From Stellaceae bacterium (lineage in GTDB: Bacteria; Pseudomonadota; Alphaproteobacteria; ATCC43930; CGMCC-115725): a stretch of DNA of 64,000 bases. This document shows positions 50,468-62,447 of the stretch, in pieces. The notes beneath the pieces are model-generated. The model saw nothing but the letters and a program-made list of their open reading frames with translations, was not told the origin of the DNA and did no database searches. The stretch spans positions 36 through 64,035 of the forward strand of contig DATNIY010000050.1 of NCBI GenBank assembly GCA_035604195.1, written 5' to 3'. Numbering within the stretch: the first letter of the stretch is position 1; each line of letters opens with the position of its first letter. Both the position numbers and the translations under genes were made by a program.

Positions 50468-51055
50468 ATGACTTCCGCTCTCGTCGTTCCAGCACGCATG
50501 CTCGCCTCGCGCCGCGGCCTCATCAAAGGTGTCGGGCAGGTAACGCTGTCGGCGACCGCCATCGGCCTGCTCGCCGGCTGTAGCGGGATGGGCGCTCAGG
50601 CGCAGACCGCCAGCCCGATGCAGGATGTCAGCATCCTCAACTCGGCGCTCGGCCTCGAATACCAGGCGATCGCGGCCTATCAGGTCGGCGCCGAAAGCGG
50701 CCTGTTGCAGCAAGGGGTGCTCGCCGTCGCCGTCCAATTCCAAGGCGACCACAAGCAGCATGCGCAGCTGCTCACCGACACGATCCGCAAGCTCGGCGGC
50801 ACGCCGATCGAAGCCAAGCGCCCGGCCGACTACAACTTCCCCACCGCCCAGCTCCACAGCCAGGCCGATGTGCTGCGCTTCGCCGCCAATTACGAAAAGG
50901 GCGCGGCCTCGGCCTATCTCGGTGCCGTGCCGCAATTTTCCAACAGGGATTTGGCCAAGGCCGCGGCCAGCATCATGGGCGCGGAGGCAATGCATTGGGC
51001 GGTGCTGCGCAACGCGCTCGCCGAGAATCCCGTGCCGGCCGCCTTCATCTCGTGA
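50468..51055 (+). CDS. Ferritin-like (Ferritin_2-type) protein with Tat signal and lipobox
   Basis: It has a twin-arginine motif (SRRGLIKG) followed by LLAGC (lipobox). The four-helix ferritin-like core contains LGLEYQAIAAY...GDHKQHAQ...EKGAASAY...GAEAMHWAVL. Confidence 0.75.
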   Translation: MTSALVVPARMLASRRGLIKGVGQVTLSATAIGLLAGCSGMGAQAQTASPMQDVSILNSALGLEYQAIAAYQVGAESGLLQQGVLAVAVQFQGDHKQHAQLLTDTIRKLGGTPIEAKRPADYNFPTAQLHSQADVLRFAANYEKGAASAYLGAVPQFSNRDLAKAAASIMGAEAMHWAVLRNALAENPVPAAFIS

Positions 51056-51062
51056 AAGCGAG

Positions 51063-51093
51063 CGGCGGGGCGGCGCCCCGCCGACCTTTTTCT
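51063..51093 (+). terminator. Intrinsic terminator-like hairpin between the ferritin-like and cupredoxin genes
   Basis: GGCGGGGC (51063-51070), a GGC loop, then GCCCCGCC (51074-51081), a perfect 8-bp GC stem. It is followed by GACCTTTTTCTTCG. Confidence 0.55.
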
Positions 51094-51119
51094 TCGACCG
51101 TCGACAGGGAGGACGGCAC

Positions 51120-51515
51120 TTGTTGCGCATCCTTGCTTCAGCATTGGCGCTCATTGCGTTGGCCGGCTCCGGCGATGCACCGGCGACCGCCGAGAACGAG
51201 AAGATCGCGGCGATGGTGACCCTTACCGACGGCTTCACCTTTGCGCCGCGCCAAGTGACCGTGCATGTCGGTGAAACCGTCGAGTGGCGGAACCTGTCGC
51301 CGTTCCCTCATACCGTGACCGACGATCCCGCCGCGGCCGGGCAGAAGGATGATGCCACGCTCCCGCGCGGCGCCGCCGCGTTCGGCTCCGGTACGATGCA
51401 GTCGGGCGAGACCTGGCGAATGGCGTTCGCCGCGCCCGGCACCTACCGCTACTTCTGCCGGTTGCATGAAGGCATCGGCATGATCGGCGAGATCACGGTG
51501 CTGCCGGCGCGGTAA
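51120..51515 (+). CDS. Cupredoxin (plastocyanin/pseudoazurin-like type 1 copper protein)
   Basis: TTG start (51120 or 51123) after GGGAGGA. It has a signal peptide. The copper ligands are in plastocyanin spacing: FPHTV (His) and C-x2-H-x4-M (YFCRLHEGIGM). Confidence 0.75.
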   Translation: MLRILASALALIALAGSGDAPATAENEKIAAMVTLTDGFTFAPRQVTVHVGETVEWRNLSPFPHTVTDDPAAAGQKDDATLPRGAAAFGSGTMQSGETWRMAFAAPGTYRYFCRLHEGIGMIGEITVLPAR

Positions 51516-51544
51516 GCCGCAACCTGCGAAGGCCGGACCGCGCC

Positions 51545-55198
<3,654 letters not shown>

Positions 55199-55259
55199 TC
55201 ATCGTCGGCCGCCGCCAGGGCGCCGATTCTCGCCGAACCGTGCTGCGCTGGTGCTGCGC

Positions 55260-56378
55260 TCACACCCGCATCGGCATCAGGACGTAGAGCGCGCTCGCAT
55301 CGGAAGTGTCGCGCACCACGGTCGGCGAGGCCGCGTCCGACATGGCAAAGCGCGCGCCCTCGCCCTCGATCTGATCCATGATGTCGAGGAGATAGCGCGC
55401 GTTGAAGCCGATCTCGATCCCCGGCGCGGTATAGCGCACCTCGATCTCCTCGGTGGCCGTGCCGTTCTCGGGGCTGGTCGCGGAGAGCGTGAGATTGCCG
55501 CGCTCGAGCGCCAGCTTCACTGCCCGGCTCTTCTCGCTCGAGATCGTGGAGACGCGGTCGACCGCCTCGGCGAAGGGCTTGCACTCGACCTCGAGGATGC
55601 GGTCGTTGCCGGTCGGGATGACGCGGTCGTAGTCCGGAAAGGTGCCGTCGATCAGCTTCGAGGTCAGCATCGTCGCGCCGAAGCCGAAACGGATCTTGGT
55701 GTCGGAGAGCGCGATGGCGACATCCTGGTCCAGCTCCTCGAGCAGCTTGCGCAGCTCGGTCACGGTCTTGCGCGGGACAATGACGCCGGGCATGCCGGCG
55801 GCACCCTCGGGCAGCGGAATCTCCATGCGGGCGAGCCGATGGCCGTCGGTCGCCACCGCGCGCATCATCTGGACTTCGTTGCTCTTGGCGGAATGGAGAT
55901 AAATGCCATTGAGATAGTACCGCGTCTCCTCGGTCGAGATGGCAAAGCGCGTGCGGTCGATGAGGCGGCGCAGATCCGCCGCCGCGAGCATGAAATTATA
56001 GGGCAGCTCGCCGCCCGCCATCAGCGGATAGTCCTCCGGCGGCAGACAGGCGAGGGTGAAGGTCGAACGGCCGGAGCGCAGGGTCATGCTGCCCTTGTCG
56101 GCGCCGGCGTCGAGTTCGACCTGCGCCCCTTCGCGCAGCTTGCGGATGATGTCGTAGAGCGTGTGCGCCGGGACCGTCGTGGCACCCTTCCGCGCGCTTT
56201 GCGCCGCCACCGTGGCGACCACTTCCAGATCCATGTCGGTGGCGGAGAGCGCGAGCTTGCCGTCATCGGCGCGCAGCAGCACATTCGACAAGATCGGAAT
56301 GGTGTTGCGCCGCTCGACGACGCTCTGCACGTGACCCAAGGCCCGAAGCAGGGCGGCACGTTCGATGGTCAGTTTCAT
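55260..56378 (-). CDS. dnaN: DNA polymerase III beta sliding clamp
   Basis: 372 aa from ATG 56378 (MKLTIERAALLRALGHVQSVVERRNTIPILSNVLL...). It has the three-domain clamp length and ends LMPMRV. Confidence 0.95.
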   Translation of the reverse strand: MKLTIERAALLRALGHVQSVVERRNTIPILSNVLLRADDGKLALSATDMDLEVVATVAAQSARKGATTVPAHTLYDIIRKLREGAQVELDAGADKGSMTLRSGRSTFTLACLPPEDYPLMAGGELPYNFMLAAADLRRLIDRTRFAISTEETRYYLNGIYLHSAKSNEVQMMRAVATDGHRLARMEIPLPEGAAGMPGVIVPRKTVTELRKLLEELDQDVAIALSDTKIRFGFGATMLTSKLIDGTFPDYDRVIPTGNDRILEVECKPFAEAVDRVSTISSEKSRAVKLALERGNLTLSATSPENGTATEEIEVRYTAPGIEIGFNARYLLDIMDQIEGEGARFAMSDAASPTVVRDTSDASALYVLMPMRV

Positions 56379-56552
56379 GGTGGCGATTGACGCTCGTTGT
56401 TGGCGGGCTTGTCCGTCCCCAGACCCCTCTGGACACCGCCGCCGCACGGGCTGCCTCGGCCGGCGCGGAACGGGACGAAACTATAGCACAACGCCCCGCG
56501 AGATACAGCCGGGGCGGGCGGTCGCAGGGACACCGAGAGCGGCGCAAAAAAG

Positions 56553-56580
56553 TTGACTCGCCGCGGACGCGGGCTTATCT
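56553..56580 (+). promoter_or_regulatory. Candidate promoter (A-tract, TTGACT-N16-TTATCT) at the head of the long leader upstream of the Nramp-related gene
   Basis: GCAAAAAAG, then TTGACT (56553-56558), 16 nt, then TTATCT (56575-56580). The structured region starts ~8 nt downstream. Confidence 0.35.
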
Positions 56581-56808
56581 CTCGGCCGCTCACCACCGCG
56601 CCGCGGTGAGGAGCGCAGCGTAACCTTTGAGACGATGATGGACAGCCACCCTAGACGTGCCGCCGTCCTTGCCGCTCGCGCGGCGATGGCGGGGGCCTTC
56701 AGCAAAACGGACGCTCCCTGCGGCGCGCAGGGTGAAGCCAGGGTGGCCTGACCGACAAGGCCTCACCGGTTCACCGCCAAGCCGCAGGCAGCGGAAGGAA
56801 GGTGAACC

Positions 56809-57030
56809 ATGAGGGACATCCTCGCATTGGCGCTCATTCGGGCGGAGATGTGCCGAGCCTATGTCGTGGGCCGGCAAACGCCGGCGGCGTGTGCGGCCGG
56901 TAAGGTCGGCCAACGCGCCGCGGGCAAGGCTTTGCGCTCCATTCGGCGGATGCATCGTAGGCTCGCTGTCGCGGCGGAGCCGGGCCATCGGCGGATGGCG
57001 GCGTCGGAGCGCTCCGCTCCTCCTGACTGA
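56809..57030 (+). CDS. Possible leader ORF (73 codons), hypothetical
   Basis: The ATG is preceded by GGAAGGAAGG. The third codon position is mostly G/C. I recognise no family, and the sequence is Arg/Ala-rich, so it could be non-coding. Confidence 0.3.
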   Translation: MRDILALALIRAEMCRAYVVGRQTPAACAAGKVGQRAAGKALRSIRRMHRRLAVAAEPGHRRMAASERSAPPD

Positions 57031-57040
57031 CGCGGTCCCG

Positions 57041-57064
57041 CGAATTTCACCCTCACGAAATTCG
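57041..57064. promoter_or_regulatory. Perfect 8-bp inverted repeat CGAATTTC-N8-GAAATTCG, 75 nt upstream of the Nramp-related start codon
   Basis: The arms are 57041-57048 and 57057-57064. It is AT-rich relative to its surroundings. It could be a protein operator or an RNA hairpin. Confidence 0.5.
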
Positions 57065-57138
57065 AGGCGGGCGGCCTTGGCCGCGCCGCAGGGATCAAGG
57101 CGTCCCCATGGGTATGGGAGCCTTCGAGGAATTGCGTC

Positions 57139-58789
57139 ATGAGCATCAACGATACGCCGCTCGCCATGGCCCCGCGCGGCGGGGCACAACTCGACCAAGC
57201 CCATATCGGCCCCATCCGCGGGGCGCTCGGCACCATCCACTTGGGCGACCACGGCCCCCGCAATGGCTGGTGGGCGCGGCTCAGAACGCTTCTCGCCATT
57301 CTCGGGCCGGGGCTCATCGTCATGGTCGGCGACAACGATGCCGGCGCTTTCAGCACGTACCCAGGCGGGGCAGGATTACGGCACCGCGCTGCTGTGGACG
57401 CGGCTGCTTCTGGTGCCGGTGCTCTACGTCAATCAGGAGATGGTCTTGCGCCTGGGCGCGGTCTCCGGCGTCGGCCATGCACGCCTCATCCTCGAGCGCT
57501 TCGGCCGGTTCTGGGGTGCCTTCAGCGTCATCGATCTTTTCGTACTCAGTGCGCTGACGATCGTCACCGAGTTCATCGGCATCAGCCTGGCGCTCGACGT
57601 CCTGGGCCTATCCAGGCCGTGGGGAGTCATCGCCGCCGCGGTGCTGGTGATGGCCGCGGTGAGCACCGGCAGCTTCCGCAGATTCGAGCGCGTCTCGCTC
57701 GTCCTGGTCGCCGGCAGCCTGCTGCTCATCCCGATTTTCCTTGCCATTCATCCGCCCCTCGGTGCCCTGGCGCGCGACTTCGTTGTGCCGACGATGCCGA
57801 CGGACGGCGTGCTCAGCGAGGTCTTGCTGCTGATCATCGCCATCGTCGGCACGACCGTGGCGCCGTGGCAGCTGTTCTTTCAGCAGAGTTACGTCGTCGA
57901 CAAGCGCATCACGTCGCGCTTCATCGCCTATGAGCGCATCGACCTCGGCATCGGCATCGGCCTCGTGATCATCGGCGCCGTCGCTTTGATGGCAGTCGCC
58001 GCCGCGACTTTCGCCAGCCGGCCCGAATACGGCAATTTCACGGATGCGGCCGGGGTCGCCGCGGGATTGGCGCGGCATGTCGGGAGGTTTCCGGCGGTTC
58101 TCTTCGCGCTGGCGCTGATCGACGCCTGCGTCATCGGCGCCTCGGCGGTCTCGCTGGCGACCGCCTATGCCATCGGCGACGTGCTCTCGCTGCGGCATTC
58201 GCTGCGCCGCAAGCCGCGGGAAGCCAAGGCGTTTTACGCGGTGTATTGCGGCTTGATCGCGCTCGCCGTAGCGCTCGTGCTTGCTCCCGGGACACCTTTG
58301 GGTCTGCTGACCAACGCGGTCCAAGCGCTTGCCGGTGTGCTGCTGCCGAGTGCGACGGTCTTCCTCCTGCTGCTTTGCAACGATCGCGCGGTGCTCGGCC
58401 CGTGGGTGAATGGCCGCGCCCTCAATTTCTTCACCGGCGCGGTGATCGCCGTCCTGGTGATGCTGTCGGTCATCCTGACCGCCGCGGTCCTCTTTCCCGG
58501 GATCGGCGACCGGCAGATGCTCGCCGTCCTCATCGCGGGCGGCGCGCTCGCCATGCTGATCGCCGCGACCGCCTACGGCTTCGAGCACCGGCAATTCGGG
58601 GCGCAGCGCCTGGCGGCAAGCGACCGGGCGCAGCGTCACACCTGGCGCATGCCGCCGCTTGACGCCTTGCCGCCGGCGCGGCTCGGCGTGCTGAGCCGAG
58701 TCTGGCTCATTGTGCTGCGCGGGTATCTCATCGTCGCCGGCGGGCTGGTCCTGTTGCGGATCGCCGCGCTCGCCATCGGCTCGGGCTGA
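57139..58789 (+). pseudogene. Nramp-family (Nramp-related) cation transporter; the reading frame is interrupted near 57360
   Basis: TM1 (LAILGPGLIVMVGDNDAGAFSTY) is in the frame of track ORF 57139-57933. The rest of the protein (QAGQDYGTALLW... about 10 more TM segments) is in the +1 frame of track ORF 57263-58789. The junction is at TAC-C-CAG (57358-57364). This is a true frameshift, a sequencing error or recoding. Confidence 0.7.
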
Positions 58790-58872
58790 ACGGTCATCAC
58801 GGTGAGATTGACGCGGGTTAGAAATTTGTCGCCGTGCGGGGATGGCGCCAGGGAAATGCGAAGGGGTGGCCG

Positions 58873-60219
58873 ATGACCAGAGCTAGGCCGCGCGGCTCGG
58901 CATTGCGGTTCTTCGCCGCGTTGGGGGCCCTCGCGGCGGCTCTGCCGCCCGCGAGCTATGGCGAGGACGCGGCCGCGCCGGAGGACTGGAGCATTCATTT
59001 CCAGCTCACCGGAATCTACCAAGGCTATCCCGCCTTCCACTCGCCCTACCAAGGGCCCAACAGCCTGTCGGGCGACACGCAGATCCGAGAGTCCGTGAGC
59101 GGCACGGCTTTTCTCGGCCGCCGGCTGCCGTGGCAGGGCGGCGAGCTCTATTTCAATCCCGAGTTCAATCAGGGCTTCGGTCTCAGCCATACGCTCGGGA
59201 TCGACGGCTTCCCCAACGGCGAGGCCCAGAAGGTCGGGTTCGAAACGCCGAAGCCCAATGTGGCGCGGTTGTTCGTGCGACAGATTTTCGGCTTCGGCGG
59301 CGAGCAGGAGCACGTCGAGGACGATTTCAACCAGCTAGCGGGGTCGGTCGACGTCTCCCGGCTCACGATCACGGCGGGAAAGATGGCGTTGCCCGACATC
59401 TTCGACAACAATCAATATGCGCACGATCCGCGCGTCGATTTCATGAACTGGAGCTTGTGGGAGGCCGCCGCTTGGGACTATCCGGCCGATGAGAAGGGCT
59501 TCACCGACGGTGTCGTGGTCGAACTGAACCAGAAGGATTGGGCGTTGCGCGGCGGCTGGGCCCTCGAGCCCAAGCTCCAGAACCAGCGCGACCTCGATCC
59601 TCGGTTTTTGAAGCGCTATGGGACGGTGGCCGAGCTGGAGACGCGGCATAAGTTGTGGGGCGAGCCCGGCAAGCTACGCTATCTCGTCTTCCTCAACCGG
59701 GCGCCGCAGGCCAACCTCGACCAGGTTGCGGCGGCGGCCGTGGCAACCGGGACGCCGGTCAATCCGCTACCGTTCCGAACGGATCACTGGAAGCTCGGCG
59801 CTGCGGTCAATCTCGAGCAATCCCTAACCGACGATCTCGGCATGTTCTCCCGTCTGAGCTGGAATGACGGCAGGACCGAGGGCTGGTCCTTCACCGATAT
59901 CGACCGCAGCCTGTCGGCGGGCCTTAGCCTCAAGGGCACACGCTGGGGCCGCGCCGCCGACACCGTCGGGCTGGCGGCGGCGGTCAATGCGCTCTCGAAG
60001 CCGGCGCGCAATTACTTCGCTGCCGGCGGGCTCGGCATTCTCGCCGGCGACGGGCGCCTCGATTATGCCGCGGAGGGCATCGTCGAAGCCTATTACAGCA
60101 TCGCCATCGCCGAGCCGGCGTCGCTGACCTTCGATTATCAGTTCGCCGCCAATCCTGCCTTCAATCAAGACCGCGGCCCGGTCTCCATCCTCGCGGCGCG
60201 CCTGCACCTCGAGTTCTGA
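58873..60219 (+). CDS. Outer-membrane porin, OprB (carbohydrate-selective porin) family
   Basis: From ATG 58873, after AAGGGG. It has a signal peptide (ALRFFAALGALAAALPPASYG). OprB-type blocks are YQGYPAFHSPYQGPNSL, GGELYFNPE, TAGKMALPDIFDNN and VDFMNWSLW. It ends with a C-terminal aromatic residue (LEF). Confidence 0.8.
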   Translation: MTRARPRGSALRFFAALGALAAALPPASYGEDAAAPEDWSIHFQLTGIYQGYPAFHSPYQGPNSLSGDTQIRESVSGTAFLGRRLPWQGGELYFNPEFNQGFGLSHTLGIDGFPNGEAQKVGFETPKPNVARLFVRQIFGFGGEQEHVEDDFNQLAGSVDVSRLTITAGKMALPDIFDNNQYAHDPRVDFMNWSLWEAAAWDYPADEKGFTDGVVVELNQKDWALRGGWALEPKLQNQRDLDPRFLKRYGTVAELETRHKLWGEPGKLRYLVFLNRAPQANLDQVAAAAVATGTPVNPLPFRTDHWKLGAAVNLEQSLTDDLGMFSRLSWNDGRTEGWSFTDIDRSLSAGLSLKGTRWGRAADTVGLAAAVNALSKPARNYFAAGGLGILAGDGRLDYAAEGIVEAYYSIAIAEPASLTFDYQFAANPAFNQDRGPVSILAARLHLEF

Positions 60220-60224
60220 TGGCC

Positions 60225-61628
60225 TCAGGTCTCGAGCATGCGGCGCAGGAGCTCGATGTCTTCGGCGAGCGTGCGGTCGGCGGCCCGGAGCTCTTCGATC
60301 TTGCGCACCGCGTGCATGACCGTCGTGTGATCGCGCCCGCCGAACTTGCGGCCGATCTCCGGCAGCGAGCGCGGGGTCAGTTGCTTGCAGAGATACATCG
60401 CCACCTGCCGCGGGCGCGCCACGGCGCGGGCGCGGCGGGCCGAATGCATGTCCGCCAGGCGGATGTTGTAATGCTCGGCGACGCGCTTCTGGATCTCGTC
60501 GATGGTGACCCGGCGGTCGTTCGCCCGCAACAGATCGTGCAGCACGTCCTGCGCGGTCTCCATGGCGATCGGGCGGCCGACCAGTTGCGTGTGGGCATAA
60601 ATTCGGTTGAGCGCGCCTTCGAGTTCGCGGACGTTCGAGGTGATCTTGTGCGCCAGGAATTCCAGCACCTTCGCCGGGACCTGAAGCTTCGATTGTTCCG
60701 CCTTGGCCTGCAGGATGCCGAGCCGCAGCTCGTAGGTCGTGGGGTGGATGTCGGCGACGAGGCCCCAGCCGAGGCGGGAGCGCATGCGCTCCTCCAAGCC
60801 CTCGAGATCGGTCGGCGACTTGTCGGCGGAGATGATGATCTGCCGGTTCTGGTCGACCAGCGCGTTGAAAGTGTGGAAGAACTCCTCTTGGGTCGACTCC
60901 TTGCCACTGATGAACTGCACGTCGTCGATCATCAGCACATCGACCGAGCGGAATAGCTCCTTGAAGGCCATAGTGTCCTTGAAGCGCAGCGCCCGGATGA
61001 ACTGGTACATGAATTTCTCGGCCGAGAGGTAGATCACCTTGCTGGCCCGGTTGTGCTTGCGGATATGCCATGCAATGGCATGCATGAGATGGGTCTTGCC
61101 GAGTCCGACCCCGCCATAAAGGAAGAGCGGGTTGAACGGCACCTTGCGGCTGGGCTCGGCCGAGGCCTCGGCGACGCGGCGTGCGGCGGCATGGGCAAGT
61201 TCGTTGGGCTTGCCGACGATGAAGTTCTCGAAGGTGAAGCGCGGATCAAGCGGCGCGCTGATGTCCTTCTCCTCGGAGCCGTCCGCGCTCTCGCGCGGCG
61301 CGGGATACGCCGACGGCTGGGTCCCGGGAGCGGGGGCGGCGGGGGCGGCGGGTGCCGCCGTCTCGCTGATGAGGATGTCGACGGCCATCACCGTCGGGTC
61401 CTCCGTATTCCACAGTGCGCGAATGCGGTCGCTATAATGTTGCGCCACCCAGTCGCGTAGAAAGCGCGTCGGCACCGCGATGCGCACGCGGCCGGCCTTG
61501 ACCTCGTGCAAAGTCATCGACCTGAGCCAGCTGCGATAGGCGGCGTCGCCGAATTCCTCGCGCAGGCGGGCGCGAACCCGCGCCCATTGCCCCTGCGTGT
61601 CGAACCTGCGGCCTGAGGCCTCCGCCAT
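60225..61628 (-). CDS. dnaA: Chromosomal replication initiator protein DnaA
   Basis: 467 aa from ATG 61628. It has the AAA+ Walker A (GGVGLGKTHLMHAI), box VII/VIII, and the C-terminal DNA-binding helix (GGRDHTTVMHAVRKI). Confidence 0.95.
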   Translation of the reverse strand: MAEASGRRFDTQGQWARVRARLREEFGDAAYRSWLRSMTLHEVKAGRVRIAVPTRFLRDWVAQHYSDRIRALWNTEDPTVMAVDILISETAAPAAPAAPAPGTQPSAYPAPRESADGSEEKDISAPLDPRFTFENFIVGKPNELAHAAARRVAEASAEPSRKVPFNPLFLYGGVGLGKTHLMHAIAWHIRKHNRASKVIYLSAEKFMYQFIRALRFKDTMAFKELFRSVDVLMIDDVQFISGKESTQEEFFHTFNALVDQNRQIIISADKSPTDLEGLEERMRSRLGWGLVADIHPTTYELRLGILQAKAEQSKLQVPAKVLEFLAHKITSNVRELEGALNRIYAHTQLVGRPIAMETAQDVLHDLLRANDRRVTIDEIQKRVAEHYNIRLADMHSARRARAVARPRQVAMYLCKQLTPRSLPEIGRKFGGRDHTTVMHAVRKIEELRAADRTLAEDIELLRRMLET

Positions 61629-62047
61629 CGCGGTCACTCTGCGTACATCCGCGTCGCGCGGCTTGTCGCGTGACGCAGCGTTGTGCCGCAATCCTGTCGC
61701 TGATCAGCCGCCATGTCGGATATCGCTTTCACAACGCCCCCCGCACGCATTTCACATCGACCCGCCCATCCTTTCCGACAACGGCGGCGCGAAGGCCAGG
61801 CGTTACTTGGCCTGCTGTTCTAACGTCGCGCTTGATCGCCAGCCGCTAAAGGCTTGTCGCATTAGACGCACATGGCGCTCGGCACGTCGCAATTTTTCTG
61901 AGAAGCACCCCCGTTGGATCGGCGCTTGAAAACTCTACCTTCCACGGTCGGTGAAAGGCAATATGAAGGAAAGGTGAACTCGAAAATTTTTTTGCATCGC
62001 GGCAGCGATGCCACGCCGCGCCGGCGCGCTGTGCGCGAATTTGATCG

Positions 62048-62085
62048 GCAAAAACAAGAAAGGCCGCGGCATTCCGCCACGGCCT
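62048..62085 (-). terminator. Rho-independent terminator downstream of rpsT
   Basis: The minus strand reads AGGCCGTGGCGGAATGCCGCGGCCT, a 9-bp stem (pairing 62061-62069 with 62077-62085) with one mismatch and a 7-nt loop. It is followed by TTCTTGTTTTTG. Confidence 0.6.
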
Positions 62086-62107
62086 CGCGCTAAGACGGAG
62101 AATTCTT

Positions 62108-62368
62108 CTACAACGTCTTGATGCGCGCAGAGAGCCGCGAGATTTTGCGCGCCACCGTGTTCTTGTGCAGCACGCCTTTGCTGACGCCGCGCTGCAGTTC
62201 CGGCGCGGCGGCGGCGAAGGCCAAGCGCGCTCCCTCCTTGTCGCCTGCGGCGATCGCGGTCTCGACTTTCTTCACGAAGGTGCGAATGCGGCTTTCGCGC
62301 GCGCGGTTCCGCATCGTGCGGCTCTCGGTCTGGCGGATGCGCTTTTCCGCCGAAGGATGATTGGCCAT
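62108..62368 (-). CDS. rpsT: 30S ribosomal protein S20
   Basis: 86 aa: [36 protein letters not shown]...[15 protein letters not shown]. Confidence 0.95.
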   Translation of the reverse strand: MANHPSAEKRIRQTESRTMRNRARESRIRTFVKKVETAIAAGDKEGARLAFAAAAPELQRGVSKGVLHKNTVARKISRLSARIKTL

Positions 62369-62403
62369 CGATGACCTTCTGATACGGCGACGGGAAGGCG
62401 GCG

Positions 62404-62432
62404 TATATATAGAGCGACGCTCGCCGCGTCAA
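62404..62432 (-). promoter_or_regulatory. Candidate rpsT promoter TTGACG-N17-TATATA
   Basis: The minus strand reads TTGACG (62432-62427), 17 nt, then TATATA (62409-62404). It lies ~35 nt upstream of the rpsT ATG, which has a GAAGG Shine-Dalgarno. Confidence 0.5.
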
Positions 62433-62447
62433 GCGTGCCGCGCCGCC

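Noticed and set aside
56586-56810. Calling the leader an M-box (Mg2+) riboswitch
   Set aside because: It is tempting, because Nramp-related Mg2+ transporters were discovered behind M-boxes. Short strings such as GGTGAGG and AGACG.U.AUGG also recall the B. subtilis M-box. However, I could not reproduce the M-box helices or the other conserved blocks by eye. It is left as an unclassified structured leader pending an Infernal search.
56379-57138. The 760-nt gap upstream of dnaN as the chromosomal origin (oriC)
   Set aside because: The region is GC-rich with no AT-rich unwinding element. I found no good TTATCCACA-type DnaA boxes, only weak TGGACA-containing 9-mers with 5-6 of 9 matches. The promoter-plus-structured-leader interpretation fits better.
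61629-62047. DnaA-box cluster / oriC upstream of dnaA
   Set aside because: The region is somewhat AT-richer, but I could find only partial matches such as CTTTCCGACA and TTGGATCGG. I cannot score these reliably by eye. A PWM scan plus GC-skew analysis of the whole replicon would be needed.
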